In this document: in pieces, positions 15,627-23,949 of the stretch
How positions within the stretch are numbered: the first letter of the stretch is position 1
How the letters are laid out: the number at the start of each line of letters is the position of its first letter
Source: Alkalilimnicola ehrlichii MLHE-1
GTDB taxonomy: Bacteria; Pseudomonadota; Gammaproteobacteria; Nitrococcales; Halorhodospiraceae
Assembly: GCF_000014785.1 (NCBI RefSeq)
Contig: NC_008340.1
Location: forward strand, 2,820,001 to 2,852,000
Direction of reading: 5' to 3'
Length of the DNA: 32,000 nucleotides
Notes under the pieces: model-generated
Database searches by the model: none
The model's input: only the letters and a program-made list of their open reading frames with translations
What the model was told of the DNA's origin: nothing
Position numbers and translations under genes: made by a program

Positions 15627-17843
15627 TCAGAACATGTCCTGGGGGTCCACGTCCAGTGACCAGCGCGCCTGCCGGGCGGCGGGCAGTTCGCTCAACCCGG
15701 GGACCCAGCGCTCCAGCAGCCGATGCAGGGCCGCACGGCGCCCGGCTTGCAGCAGCAGTTGGGCCCGGTAGCGGCCAGCCCGCCGCTCCATGGGGGCGGG
15801 AACCGGACCCAGCACCATCACCCCACCCGCCTCCGACCCGGTCAGCGCGCGCGCCCGCTCAGCGGCGGCCTGCAGGAAGCCGCGCGCCTGTCCCGCCTGC
15901 ACTGCCTCGGCCCGTAACAGCGCCATGGCGGCGAAGGGCGGCAGCCCCGCGGCGCGCCGCTCCTCCAAGTGGGCGCGGGCGAAGGCGTCATAGCCCTGCC
16001 CCAGCAGGGTGTGCAGCAGCGGGTGCTCCGGGTGGTGGGTCTGGATCAGCACCTCACCGGGGCGCTCGGCCCGCCCGGCACGCCCGGCCACCTGGATAAG
16101 CAACTGGGCCATGCGCTCCAGGGCACGGAAGTCCGCGCCGTACAGACCATGGTCCGCGTCCAGCACCCCCACCAGGGTCACATCGGGGAAGTGGTGGCCC
16201 TTGGCCAGCATCTGGGTGCCAAGCAGGATGCGGGGGCCGGGCCGGCCGGCCTCCGCCAGCAGGGCATCCAGGGCGCCCCGCCGGCGGGTGCTGTCCCGAT
16301 CGATGCGCAGCACCGGCACCTGCGGATAGAGCTCTGCCAGGGCCCGCTCCACCCGCTCGGTGCCCTGACCCACCGCCCGCAGGTCGACGCTGCCGCAGTC
16401 GGGACAGGCCCGCGGCACCGGTCGCTCGTCGCCACAATGATGACAGCGCAATCGGCCGGCCCGGCGGTGCCAGGTGTAACGGGCGTCACAGCGGCGGCAC
16501 TCGGCCACCCAACCACACTCATGACAGAGCAGCGTGGGGGCGAAGCCCCGGCGGTTGAGAAAGAGCAGCACCTGGCCGTCGGCGGCCAGATGAGTGGCCA
16601 TGGCCTCCTGCAGCGCCGGGGACAGGCCCTCGCGCAACGGCCGACCGCGCACGTCCAATACCCGGAAGGAGGGCATCGCCGCACCGCCGGCGCGGTGCCT
16701 GAGGTGCAGGTGGGCGTAGCGCCCGGACAGGGCGTTCTGAAGGCTCTCCAGGGAGGGGGTGGCGGTGCCCAGCAGCACCGGCACCCCCAGCCGCCGGGCC
16801 CGCATCACCGCCAGGTCGCGGGCGGAGTAGCGAAAGCCGTCCTGCTGCTTGAACGAGGTGTCGTGCTCCTCGTCCACCAGGATCAGCCCCGGCTCGGGCA
16901 GCGGGGCGAAGACCGCCGACCGGGTGCCGATCACCACCCGGGCGCGCCCCTCGCGGGCCGCCAGCCAGGCGTCCAGGCGCTCGCGGTCGTTCAGCCCGGA
17001 GTGAAACACCGCCATGGGCACCGCCAGACGGCGGCGGAAGCGGTGCAGCAACTGCGGGGTCAGGCCGATCTCCGGCACCAGCAGCAGCACCTGCCGGCCG
17101 GCGGCCAGGGCCTGTTCGGTGGCCCGCAGGTAGACCTCGGTCTTGCCGCTGCCGGTCACCCCCTCCAGCAGGATAGGCTGAAAACCATCCCCCGCCGCCT
17201 GCAGCCGGTCCAGCACCGCCTGCTGCTCCGGCAGCGGCTCGGGGCGCGGCTCGCAGCCCTCCCCCTCCAGCAGTTCCGGGTTGGCCCGCTGTTCGCTCAC
17301 CGCCAGGCCGCGATCGGCCAGGGCCCGGGCCGCCCGCCGCGCCTGGCCCGGGATCTCCGCCAGTTCGGCGGCATCCAACCCCCGCTCGCCCGCGGCCTGC
17401 AACCGGGCCAGCAGTTGTGCCTGGCGCACGGCGCGCTTCAGTTCCGAGGGGTCGGTCTCACGCCCCTGCGCGGTGATGAACCAATGCTCCCGGGCGCGCC
17501 ATTCGGCCGGTTCGCCCTGGCGCAGCAGGGTGGGCAGGGCGGCATCCAGCACCTCACCCAGGGGGTGGTGGTAGTAGCCGGCGGCCCACTCCAGCAGCGA
17601 AAGCAGCGGTTCGTCCAGCAGCGGGGCCGGGTCCAGCCAAGCCTGGGCCCGGCGCAGCTTGTGACGAGGCACCCCGGTGTGGTCCCCGGTGCCCACCACC
17701 ACCCCCACCCGCCGGCCGCGCCCGAAGGGTACCCGCACCCGGCAGCCACGACCGGCGCCGGCCGGTGCCGGGCCGGGCGGTGGCAGGTAGTCATAACAGG
17801 TGTAGAGCGGCACGGGCAGCGCCACGCGCAGGATGCGAGCCAT
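15627..17843 (-). CDS. priA: Primosomal protein N' (replication restart helicase PriA)
   Basis: Walker A GVTGSGKTEVY, DEEH box LILVDEEHDTSFKQ, and the Cys-rich zinc-binding insert CHECGWVAECRRCDARYTWHRRAGRLRCHHCG...CPDCGS. 738 aa. Confidence 0.95.
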   Translation of the reverse strand: MARILRVALPVPLYTCYDYLPPPGPAPAGAGRGCRVRVPFGRGRRVGVVVGTGDHTGVPRHKLRRAQAWLDPAPLLDEPLLSLLEWAAGYYHHPLGEVLDAALPTLLRQGEPAEWRAREHWFITAQGRETDPSELKRAVRQAQLLARLQAAGERGLDAAELAEIPGQARRAARALADRGLAVSEQRANPELLEGEGCEPRPEPLPEQQAVLDRLQAAGDGFQPILLEGVTGSGKTEVYLRATEQALAAGRQVLLLVPEIGLTPQLLHRFRRRLAVPMAVFHSGLNDRERLDAWLAAREGRARVVIGTRSAVFAPLPEPGLILVDEEHDTSFKQQDGFRYSARDLAVMRARRLGVPVLLGTATPSLESLQNALSGRYAHLHLRHRAGGAAMPSFRVLDVRGRPLREGLSPALQEAMATHLAADGQVLLFLNRRGFAPTLLCHECGWVAECRRCDARYTWHRRAGRLRCHHCGDERPVPRACPDCGSVDLRAVGQGTERVERALAELYPQVPVLRIDRDSTRRRGALDALLAEAGRPGPRILLGTQMLAKGHHFPDVTLVGVLDADHGLYGADFRALERMAQLLIQVAGRAGRAERPGEVLIQTHHPEHPLLHTLLGQGYDAFARAHLEERRAAGLPPFAAMALLRAEAVQAGQARGFLQAAAERARALTGSEAGGVMVLGPVPAPMERRAGRYRAQLLLQAGRRAALHRLLERWVPGLSELPAARQARWSLDVDPQDMF

Positions 17844-17916
17844 CGGTCCTCCATGAGTGCGGCCAGCGGCGGGATTGGGCTGGGCCGCCGGCGCCCCCTA
17901 TCCTATACTGCCGGCC

Positions 17917-18528
17917 ATGCATGTGCCGCCGGAACAGGACCTGGAACCGCTGCTGCCGCAGATCCTCACCGTGTTGCGGGCAAACCCGGACGGGCTTAGC
18001 GAATTCGAGCTGGTCCGCGCCCTGGACGAGGCGGCCGTGGGCCCCTTCCGGCGCGAGGCCCTGCGCGATACGGCCGAACTCTTCCGCAGCCACTTCCTGC
18101 TCTTCCACTGCCTCTACCGCCTGCGCCAGCGACTGCGCGAGCGGGGCGAGGACCTGCTCATCCACTGCACCCGCATTGCGCTGGCCCCGGGGCCGTCGCC
18201 GGCGGCGTCCACCAACGCGCCCGCCACCCCGTTGAGCGTCGCCGACCCGCTGGCGGCCTACTACTTGGACCTGAAGCACCTGGCCGCCGCCGACCTGGCC
18301 AGCGTGGAGGCCATGCTCGCCGACGGCTGGCGCCGGATCCGCCGGGGCGGCCATCGCGAGCAGGCATTGGCTGAACTGGAACTCCGTGAACCGGTGAGCG
18401 ACAAGCAGATCCGGCGCCAGTACCGGCGCCTGGTCATGCGCCACCATCCTGACCGCGGTGGCGACACGACCCGCATGCAGCAGGTGGTCAGGGCCATGGA
18501 GACCCTGGGCCTGGCCCGCAATCGCTGA
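17917..18528 (+). CDS. DnaJ-related protein (C-terminal J domain)
   Basis: C-terminal IRRQYRRLVMRHHPDRGGDTTRMQQVVRAMETL carries the HPD motif. ATG at 17917 (MHVPPEQDLEPLLPQIL...). No SD; TATACT ends 7 nt before the ATG. Confidence 0.75.
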   Translation: MHVPPEQDLEPLLPQILTVLRANPDGLSEFELVRALDEAAVGPFRREALRDTAELFRSHFLLFHCLYRLRQRLRERGEDLLIHCTRIALAPGPSPAASTNAPATPLSVADPLAAYYLDLKHLAAADLASVEAMLADGWRRIRRGGHREQALAELELREPVSDKQIRRQYRRLVMRHHPDRGGDTTRMQQVVRAMETLGLARNR

Positions 18529-18748
18529 CACCCCCCGGGCGGCCCCGACCGCCAACCCATGTATTCAATATTTATTATTTTACCGGTGGGCACTATGTAC
18601 CACCGCCCCCTCCCTGCGTCCCGATAGCCTTTCAACCGTGCGCCGTTGCCCCCCACACCAGGGCGAGAGCGCATCAAAGGATGGAGGAGCACCGGGCCGC
18701 TGACACGCCCCGCGATGCTCCGCTACAGCGGTACAAGGGGAGTCCATA

Positions 18749-20062
18749 ATGAAACGTCTTACCGCAACCACTGTTCGCGGCCTGATCACCGGCGCGGGTC
18801 TTGGGGGCCTGCTGATCCCGGGGCTGGCCCTCGCCACCAACGGCTACCAGCTCACCGGCCTGGGCAGCCACGAAAAGTCGCTCGGCGGGGCGGTCACCGC
18901 CGCACCGCGCAGCGCGATGACGGCCATCAGCAACCCGGCCGGTATCGGCCGCATCGGGTCCCGCGTCGACTTCTCCATGGAGGTCTTCAGCCCCGAGCGG
19001 AGCACCGACTTCCGGGCCCTCGGGGGCGAGAAGGTCACCAGCGACACCGACACCTATATCATTCCGAGCCTGGGCTGGGCGGCCCCCATCACCGAAGACC
19101 GCCGCCTGTGGTTCGGCGGGGGCTTCTTCGGCACCTCCGGGCTCGGTGTCGATTACGCGGTGACAGACGTCATGCCCAACGGGCAGCTCATGAACGGCCA
19201 CACCCAGTGGGACGGCTACAGCTCGATCTTCTTCGCCCAGATGACGCCGGTGCTTTCACTGCGGGTGAACGACCGCCTCACCGTTGGCGCCGGCCCGGTG
19301 CTCGCGCGCCAGCAGGTGGCCCTGAAACAGCGCTTCCACGACATGCCGGTCGGGCCGGGCATGGTGATGGACACCAACTTTGACCTCAGCAAGGCCAGCA
19401 GCGCCCTTGGTGCTGGTGTCAGCCTGGGCCTGATCTACGACCTTGGCACCCGGTGGCGGCTGGGCGCCACCTACCAGAGCAAGATCCACTTCGAAGACCT
19501 GCGCTACAACCTGGCCGCCGGCGACATTCATGGCCAGGACAGCAACGGCGAGTTCGTCGACGGCGAGGCGGGCACCTGGCGGCTGGGCCTCGACTACCCG
19601 CAACAGGCCAGCGTGGGCCTGGCCTGGGCGGCAAACAACACCCTCACCCTCTCCGCCGACGTGAAGTGGCTCAACTGGTCCGACACCATGGATGAGTTGA
19701 CCGTAAAGGGCCCCAATGGCAGCCGCTTCGCCCTGGACCCCGGCTGGGACGACCAGTGGGTCTTCGCCGCCGGCGCGGAGTGGGTGGTGAACCCCGAGCG
19801 GCTCACCCTTCGCGCCGGCGTCAACTACGCCGAATCCCCCCTCGATGACGAGGACGTGGCCACCAACCTCCTGCTACCGGCGGTGGTGGAACGCCATGTC
19901 GCCCTCGGCGGCACAGTGCGGATGGTCAACGGCTGGGACCTGGGCTTCCACCTCAAGCACGCCCTGAAGAACAAGCAGACCCAGGACGGCGGCCCCTTTG
20001 ACGGCGTCTCGGTGGAGATGGACCAGTGGTCCGCCGGACTCAATATCGGCTACGCCTTTTGA
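18749..20062 (+). CDS. Outer-membrane transport protein of the OMPP1/FadL/TodX family
   Basis: Signal peptide ending ALA-TNGYQL. Family-typical N-terminal GYQL..G....S.GGA.TA......A..NPAGIG. Alternating beta-strand pattern with C-terminal ...GLNIGYAF (terminal Phe). RBS AAGGGGA. Confidence 0.85.
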   Translation: MKRLTATTVRGLITGAGLGGLLIPGLALATNGYQLTGLGSHEKSLGGAVTAAPRSAMTAISNPAGIGRIGSRVDFSMEVFSPERSTDFRALGGEKVTSDTDTYIIPSLGWAAPITEDRRLWFGGGFFGTSGLGVDYAVTDVMPNGQLMNGHTQWDGYSSIFFAQMTPVLSLRVNDRLTVGAGPVLARQQVALKQRFHDMPVGPGMVMDTNFDLSKASSALGAGVSLGLIYDLGTRWRLGATYQSKIHFEDLRYNLAAGDIHGQDSNGEFVDGEAGTWRLGLDYPQQASVGLAWAANNTLTLSADVKWLNWSDTMDELTVKGPNGSRFALDPGWDDQWVFAAGAEWVVNPERLTLRAGVNYAESPLDDEDVATNLLLPAVVERHVALGGTVRMVNGWDLGFHLKHALKNKQTQDGGPFDGVSVEMDQWSAGLNIGYAF

Positions 20063-20102
20063 CCCCTAGCGACAGCAGCCAAGCCAGACAGGAGAGAGCA
20101 CC

Positions 20103-20648
20103 ATGAGCACGACCCGCGAGCAAACCACGGTGGTGGAACACCCCACGCAGGAACAGCCGGAACCGCAGCCCAAGCGCATGTCCATCATTGTCACCAAGGG
20201 CACACTGGACTGGGCCTATCCCCCCTTCATCCTGGCCACCACCGCGGCGGCCATGGACGTCAAGGTCGACCTGTTCTTCACCTTCTACGGCCTGCAACTG
20301 CTCAAGAAGGACCTCAGCCACCTGCGCATCTCTACCCTGGGCAATCCGGCCATGGAGATGCCGATGATGGGCATGCACATGGCCATGCCCAATCTGGTCT
20401 CGGCACTGCCCGGGGTGGACCGAATGGCCTCGGGGATGATGCGCCGGCTGATCAAAAAGAAGGGCGTCGCCTCGGTGGAGGACCTGCGCCAGACTGCCCT
20501 GGACTGCGATGTCGGCATGGTCGGCTGCCAGATGACCCTGGACCTGTTCGAGTTCCGGCGCGAGGACCTGATCGACGGGGTGGAACTGGCCGGCGCCGCC
20601 ACCTACATGGAGACGGCGCTGAACTCCGACATCAATCTCTACGTCTGA
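20103..20648 (+). CDS. DsrE2/DsrE3-like sulfur-relay protein (DsrE/DsrF-like family, COG2210 type)
   Basis: MSIIVTKGTLDWAYPPFILATTAAAMDVKVDLFFTFYGLQLL plus the conserved active-site context VGMVGCQMTLDLF...DLIDGVELAGAATYME. AGGAGAGAG RBS. It starts 40 nt after the FadL stop. Confidence 0.8.
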   Translation: MSTTREQTTVVEHPTQEQPEPQPKRMSIIVTKGTLDWAYPPFILATTAAAMDVKVDLFFTFYGLQLLKKDLSHLRISTLGNPAMEMPMMGMHMAMPNLVSALPGVDRMASGMMRRLIKKKGVASVEDLRQTALDCDVGMVGCQMTLDLFEFRREDLIDGVELAGAATYMETALNSDINLYV

Positions 20649-20722
20649 GCGCTATTCCCTTTGGGATAGTGTGACCGCCCATGGGCCGCCGTATACTCGA
20701 AATCGATCCCTGTTGCAGCAAG

Positions 20723-20748
20723 GGGTGCCGCCGCCGCAGGCGGCACCC
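20723..20748 (+). promoter_or_regulatory. 10-bp GC-rich stem-loop in the dsrE2-to-RHH/tusA spacer
   Basis: GGGTGCCGCC-GCCGCA-GGCGGCACCC, 27 nt upstream of the 20775 ATG, with no U-tract. An imperfect dyad CTATTCCC-TTT-GGGATAG lies at 20652-20669, and TATACT at 20692-20697. Confidence 0.35.
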
Positions 20749-20774
20749 GCATCATCGATGGAGAGGGCGTCTGC

Positions 20775-21416
20775 ATGGCCGTGGTCAGCGATCGACTGAT
20801 GGAGGAACCCCGGGCCCGGGCGGGCGAGGCCGACAGCGGCCTGCGCCGTGGCCCCAGCCCGCTGGAGCGCCTGTTCAGCCTGTGTGCCCCGGAGGACCGC
20901 AAGGGGTACGAACCCGGACGACGCTCACTGCGCATCGACGGCCACTGCACCACCATCCGCCTGGAGCAGGCCTTCTGGTCCGTATTGGAGGAGATCTCCG
21001 CCGAGGAGGGCATGACCATCCCGGAGATCATCGCCCAGGTGCAATACCACTGTCAGAGCGTCAACGACAAGAATATGGCCAGCTGCCTGCGGGTGCTTTG
21101 CCTCAAGTACATCAACACCTGCGCCTGGGCCACACCGGGCGAGGGCACTCCCGGGACGCCAGCCCTGCCCCAGCCCGGCCCGCGCATGGAGTTGGACACC
21201 CGGGGCCTGAGCTGTCCGCAACCGATCCTGCGCACCAAGAAGGCCCTGCGCGGCCTGGAGCCGGGCGAGGAACTCCGGGTGATCACCAGCGACCGCGGCT
21301 CGGCCATGGACTTTGACGTGTTCTGCCAGGCCATGGGCCACCGTCTGGTCTGGGAGCGGGAGACCGAAGAGGCCTACGTCTTCCTGCTGCAGAAGGGCAC
21401 CGGCGGCGCGGTCTGA
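20775..21416 (+). CDS. Fusion protein: N-terminal ribbon-helix-helix (RHH_4/COG4321-like) domain, Pro/Gly linker, C-terminal TusA/SirA sulfurtransferase domain
   Basis: Single uninterrupted frame. RRSLRIDGHCTTIRLEQAFWSVLEEISAEEGMTIPEIIAQV...NMASCLRVLCLKYI resembles RHH_4. The linker is ATPGEGTPGTPALPQPGPR. MELDTRGLSCPQPILRTKKALRGLEPGEELRVITSDRGSAMDF is a canonical TusA with a CPxP cysteine. GGAGAGGG lies 8 nt upstream of the ATG at 20775. Confidence 0.75.
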   Translation: MAVVSDRLMEEPRARAGEADSGLRRGPSPLERLFSLCAPEDRKGYEPGRRSLRIDGHCTTIRLEQAFWSVLEEISAEEGMTIPEIIAQVQYHCQSVNDKNMASCLRVLCLKYINTCAWATPGEGTPGTPALPQPGPRMELDTRGLSCPQPILRTKKALRGLEPGEELRVITSDRGSAMDFDVFCQAMGHRLVWERETEEAYVFLLQKGTGGAV

Positions 21417-21442
21417 GGGCCGCCGGTGCGCCAGGGGCGGGG

Positions 21443-22669
21443 TCAGAAGCTGTACTTCGCCGAGACCTGCACGCGGTTCAGCTCGCCGCTGTCCTCACCA
21501 TAGGCGTCCTCGCCCTCGATCTCCCGCTCGGCCCAGATGTACTCCACGCCCACGTCCACGTTCTGCACCGGTGTATAGATCAGGTTGAGGTGCACCGACT
21601 GGATCTGCTCGTTGGCCGTCTCCGGGGCGCTGCTGGGGTTGTCGGCCTTGGCCAGGCTGTAGACCAGGCTGCTGCGCAGGGTCTGATTCCACCAGTGCCG
21701 ATAGGACACATACCCACCCCAGATGCTCAAGGAGTCCAGATTGCCCTGGTCGTCGATAAAGGCATCGGGAAAGGCGTTCAGGCCGAGGTAACGGCCGAGT
21801 CCGTCGCCGTAGTTGAGCTGAAAGCGGACATCATTGCGCCCTCCGGCCTTCACCACGCCGGTCAGGCTGAGTGCGCCCACCCACTCGTCGTCGTCCACGT
21901 CGGCGCCGAGTTCCCGCGAGGTGCTGCGATCGACCCGGAGATTCCGGGCGACGCCAGCCAGGGAGCCGTGGCCCCAATCCCCCGAGACGTTGTAGCGGGC
22001 GACGAACTCCGGCCAGCGGTCATCCCGGGCGTTGCGGATGGCATCGCCCGGATCGGCCTCACCCAACGTCGCCTCGGAGGCCAGGGTGGTGAAGGGCTGT
22101 TCCACCGCCAGCATCAGGCTGTTGCCCTGCTCCAACGGCAGGGTGTAGCGCACCTGGATATTGCGATTGAACACCGTGCCGGCGGGCCCGACGAAATCCA
22201 GGGTCTCCGGTTTGGTGGTAACGTTGTAGAAAGTGCCCCAGGTCTGCCCGGCCAGCCAGTTGCCCAGCTGACCGAAGGCGTGCCGTAGCCGCGGGGGCTG
22301 GTTGCCCACCAGGCGGTTGCGGTCGATGGCGGCATCCTCGAGAAAGTCCACTTCGAGAAACGTGGTCAGATCCCCCAGGCCGGTGGGCGTCTGCGTGCGC
22401 AGGTTGACCCGACTCTCACGCACGCTGTAGCGGGTGACATTCCGTGAGTCCTCCTGCCCGTCCAGCGGGATCAGGGCGGGGATCATGAAGGCCTCGCTGC
22501 GGTCGTTGGCGGCACGGTTGGTCACATCACTGAAGTGGGCATCCATCTTCACGTAGCCGCCGAAATCGACGGTGGTCTCCGCCCACGCCGGTGAGATGAT
22601 CAGCCCCAGCAGTGCGGCGGTGGCCACCCCCAGGCAAACCGGTTTTTTGGTATGGCATGTGCTGCGCAT
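21443..22669 (-). CDS. Outer-membrane porin (DcaP-like beta-barrel)
   Basis: From the ATG at 22669 (AGGAGA 8 nt upstream): signal peptide ...IISPAWA-ETTVDFGGYVKMDAHF. LRHAFGQLGNWLAGQTWGTFYNV..PETLDFVGPAG is typical of this porin family. The C-terminus is SAKYSF. Confidence 0.65.
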   Translation of the reverse strand: MRSTCHTKKPVCLGVATAALLGLIISPAWAETTVDFGGYVKMDAHFSDVTNRAANDRSEAFMIPALIPLDGQEDSRNVTRYSVRESRVNLRTQTPTGLGDLTTFLEVDFLEDAAIDRNRLVGNQPPRLRHAFGQLGNWLAGQTWGTFYNVTTKPETLDFVGPAGTVFNRNIQVRYTLPLEQGNSLMLAVEQPFTTLASEATLGEADPGDAIRNARDDRWPEFVARYNVSGDWGHGSLAGVARNLRVDRSTSRELGADVDDDEWVGALSLTGVVKAGGRNDVRFQLNYGDGLGRYLGLNAFPDAFIDDQGNLDSLSIWGGYVSYRHWWNQTLRSSLVYSLAKADNPSSAPETANEQIQSVHLNLIYTPVQNVDVGVEYIWAEREIEGEDAYGEDSGELNRVQVSAKYSF

Positions 22670-22899
22670 GGTCGTTATCTCCTGACGGTGTGCAGTGTTC
22701 GCGATGACAAAGCGACGGTGCCCGAAGGCCCCCAGACACCGTCCCGTAGGAGTGTCGCCGGCCCCAGCCGACCCACCATGCGCATTAATACTTACTCGGT
22801 TTTTACTTAGTTTCCGGTTGCCTACGCAATTCCCCGGATGCGCCCGGGGCACCTGTTCTGCTGGACTGGCGGGAGATCCGGTTCAGGAGACCCGATGCC

Positions 22900-23949
22900 A
22901 TGCCCAGCAACAGCAGACGACAGTGGGGCAGCGCCAGGATCGCGGCGCTGGCTGTGGCCCTTGCGGTGACGGGGCAGGCCCACGCCCGCCTGCCGGTGGT
23001 CGACCCGCCGCTGATGCCCGAGGCGCCGGCGGATTACCGCGCCGCCAGCCTCTCCGGGGGGCCCGGGAAGGACGGCATCCCGGCCATCGACAACCCCGCG
23101 TTCCAGGCCGCCTCGGAGGCCGACGCCCGGCTCGACGACGGCGACCGGGTGGTGGGCCTCTACCATGACGGCGAAGCCCGGGCCTATCCCCAATCCATCC
23201 TGGTCTGGCACGAAATCGTCAACGACACCGTGGCCGGCGAGAACATCGCCGTCACCTACTGCCCCCTCACCGGTACCGCCCTGGGTTACCTGCGCGGCGA
23301 GACCACGCTGGGCGTCTCCGGCCGCCTGGTGAACAGCAACCTGATCATGTTCGACCGGGCCAGCGACAGCCTCTGGCCCCAGATACTGAGTGCCGGCATC
23401 GGCGGCCCCCACGAGGGCCAGGGGTTGGAGGAAGTGCGCGTGGTCTGGACCACCTGGGGCCGTTGGCGCGAGCGCCACCCGGACACCCGGGTGCTGACCA
23501 CGGACACCGGCTACCTGCGCAATTACAACCGCGACCCCTACGGCGGGTATAACCCGGTCCGGGGCTATTACGCCCCCAACGCATCGCCCATCTTCCCGGT
23601 CCGCCCGAGCAGCGACCGCTACCCGCCGAAAGAGGAGGTCTTCGGCATCCGCACCGCCAGTGCCGCGGTGGCGCTGGATCGGGACCACCTCGCGGCGGCG
23701 GGCGTGGTGAACATTCCGCTGGGTGATGACCACCTGGTGGTGGTCCACGACCCCGGCCTGGATACCGGTTGGGCCTTTCGTGCCGACGAGGCGGTGGCGC
23801 TGGACCCGACAGCGCTGCGGTTCGGGCCCGAGGGCCCGGTACACCCGGAGTTGGCGGACCTGGAGCGAGTGAACGGCTTCGAGGCCATGTGGTTCGCCTG
23901 GTACGCCTTCTATCCGGATACGGTGGTGGTCGATGGCGCTGGCCGCTGA
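22900..23949 (+). CDS. Secreted DUF3179 domain-containing protein
   Basis: Signal peptide MPSNSRRQWGSARIAALAVALAVTGQAHA. GKDGIPAIDNPAF...RVVGLYHDGEARAYPQSILVWHEIVND...IAVTYCPLTGT...MFDRASDSLWPQ matches my recollection of DUF3179 (PF11376) conserved blocks. Confidence 0.8.
   Translation: MPSNSRRQWGSARIAALAVALAVTGQAHARLPVVDPPLMPEAPADYRAASLSGGPGKDGIPAIDNPAFQAASEADARLDDGDRVVGLYHDGEARAYPQSILVWHEIVNDTVAGENIAVTYCPLTGTALGYLRGETTLGVSGRLVNSNLIMFDRASDSLWPQILSAGIGGPHEGQGLEEVRVVWTTWGRWRERHPDTRVLTTDTGYLRNYNRDPYGGYNPVRGYYAPNASPIFPVRPSSDRYPPKEEVFGIRTASAAVALDRDHLAAAGVVNIPLGDDHLVVVHDPGLDTGWAFRADEAVALDPTALRFGPEGPVHPELADLERVNGFEAMWFAWYAFYPDTVVVDGAGR

Noticed and set aside
15392-16099. A 235-aa ORF and other Pro/Ala/Arg-rich ORFs between ruvA and priA.
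   Set aside because: It is low-complexity, overlaps the priA 3' end on the opposite strand, and lacks a start context.
15969-17999. Very long ORFs antisense to real genes. One example is 676 aa opposite priA. Others include 1149..2366, 2338..3894, 219..1052, 24073..25503, 30034..31356, 12271..13095, 22822..23844, 29312..30397, 25857..26558, 26562..27635 and 21590..22288.
   Set aside because: Their translations are low-complexity and rich in Arg, Gly, Pro, Ala, Gln and His. They have no recognisable motifs, and they lie opposite genes with unmistakable family signatures. This is the expected artefact of high third-position GC.
20681-21316. Alternative-frame 211-aa ORF overlapping the RHH-TusA gene.
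   Set aside because: The translation is rich in Arg, Gly, Pro and His and has no motif, whereas the 20775 frame gives two recognisable domains and has an RBS.
21186-21416. TusA as a separate 76-aa gene starting at the internal ATG at 21186.
   Set aside because: It is in the same frame as the upstream RHH region with no intervening stop. There is no SD-like sequence in the 20 nt before 21186. The Pro/Gly-rich segment looks like an interdomain linker. Independent internal initiation cannot be excluded without data.
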